NCBI RefSeq assembly: GCF_030144855.1
Contig: NC_082709.1
Coordinates: forward strand, 44,082,001-44,146,000
Length of the DNA stretch: 64,000 bases
Direction of reading: 5' to 3'
Source: Hypanus sabinus
Lineage: Eukaryota
Positions 62,839 to 64,000 of this stretch are shown in pieces; the stretch's first letter is position 1; every line of letters begins with the position of its first letter. The position numbers and the translations under genes are program-made. Under the pieces are notes generated by a model, which worked only from the letters and a program-made list of their open reading frames with translations, did no database searches and was not told where the DNA came from.

Positions 62839-64000
62839 CTATTATGGTATGAATAAAAGACAAAATAAACAGAGCTCTCGTTAAAGATGCCCTAATTACT
62901 AAAATATGAAATATAAAGATTTTAAAATTGCAAATTGTAGAAGCATCCCCTCAAATTGTAACATTAAGTAAATACAAAGTCATTGTAATGGATCACATTG
63001 AATATAAACCACCGCAATAAAATCAAGAAAAATTTTATATATTGTTGAATGCAATATTCAAGTGTTTTCATGTTGTGATATTAAGCCATGGATACTGTCA
63101 GGACTTGATACCTTCTCTAAAATGTCTTAGTTATTTAGCACTTAAGAGCATCTAGTTTAGTGATTCATTGATGGACATCCTAGTTGAACAGATGAGGATA
63201 TGTAAGTAGGTTGTCCATTATACCACCTAGCAAACATTATAACATGCTTGGATCATTATGCCAGCTGACAGGGATTTTTCTTCTTTCTCTGTGATTTTTT
63301 TTCCCACAGAGAGAACTGCTTCAATTATAATACATTATCTAAGCAGGGTAATTTTTAAAGGTATTTTGAATATTAACAAAACACACATCAGAGTTTCAAA
63401 CTATATCAAATATCTTCTTATGAGGAAATAATCTACAGGCCTCAACAATCTTTAGTTCGGCTGCATTCTTTGGAGAGAGAAACAAAGTTAACATTTCTGC
63501 CTTTTCAGCATAGGTGGATAAAAGTAGAATTAAATTAAGTTTAAATGGCATAGAAAGGGGGCAGAGGCGAAGAGTCCAAAAATGGATGTCTGTGGTGGCT
63601 TCAATGGAATGTATTTTGATTGTGCAATTACTCATAAAGAATGAATTTCCAGGAACTTTCACTTAATGTTTCAGAGTTTTTACAGAATGTCACTGTTGAA
63701 AATCTACTATTTGCATATGTGTGTGCACGTGTGTAGATCCCTCAAAAATCCAACAGAACTTTGTCCCTGTAGATAAAATTTAAACAAAGAGTTAATCTTT
63801 GTCAAATTATGGTTGAAAATATATTAGCAATTTGAAAGGCTGTTAATTATCTGTGGCTTGATACTTCTTTTCAAAAACTTCAGAGCAAACATAGTGACAA
63901 TTTAAAAAACTATCCTAACCCTATGATTATTATTGCTGTTTCTGTTGTGTAGCTCTTTAACTTAGGCATTCAGTTACAAAATCAGGAATAGGTGCTGATG

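Overview
Vertebrate genomic DNA, most likely a cartilaginous fish (shark/ray, inferred from the repeat families). Left: the 5' end of HSPD1 (HSP60, minus strand, exons 1-3 present) head-to-head with a complete 4-exon HSPE1 (HSP10, 102 aa) across a short bidirectional promoter. Right: RFTN2 (raftlin-2) exons 2-9 on the minus strand, with exon 1 beyond the window. I see no MOB4 between HSPE1 and RFTN2, where human has it. Introns are packed with transposons: a full-length but dead L1 with a 17-bp TSD, two full Gypsy LTR elements, CR1, Rex1-like and Penelope-derived pieces, tRNA SINEs, and Tigger and hAT MITEs, several nested 3-4 deep. The most interesting signals are RNA structures. (1) Neither LTR element has a tRNA primer-binding site. 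One has a Tf1-like 11-nt self-primer; the other has a perfect 15-bp pairing between its PBS position and its own poly(A) signal, plus a YLDN RT motif. (2) A palindromic Penelope-derived repeat carries back-to-back minimal hammerhead ribozyme motifs. All coordinates and identities were read by eye; no searches were run.
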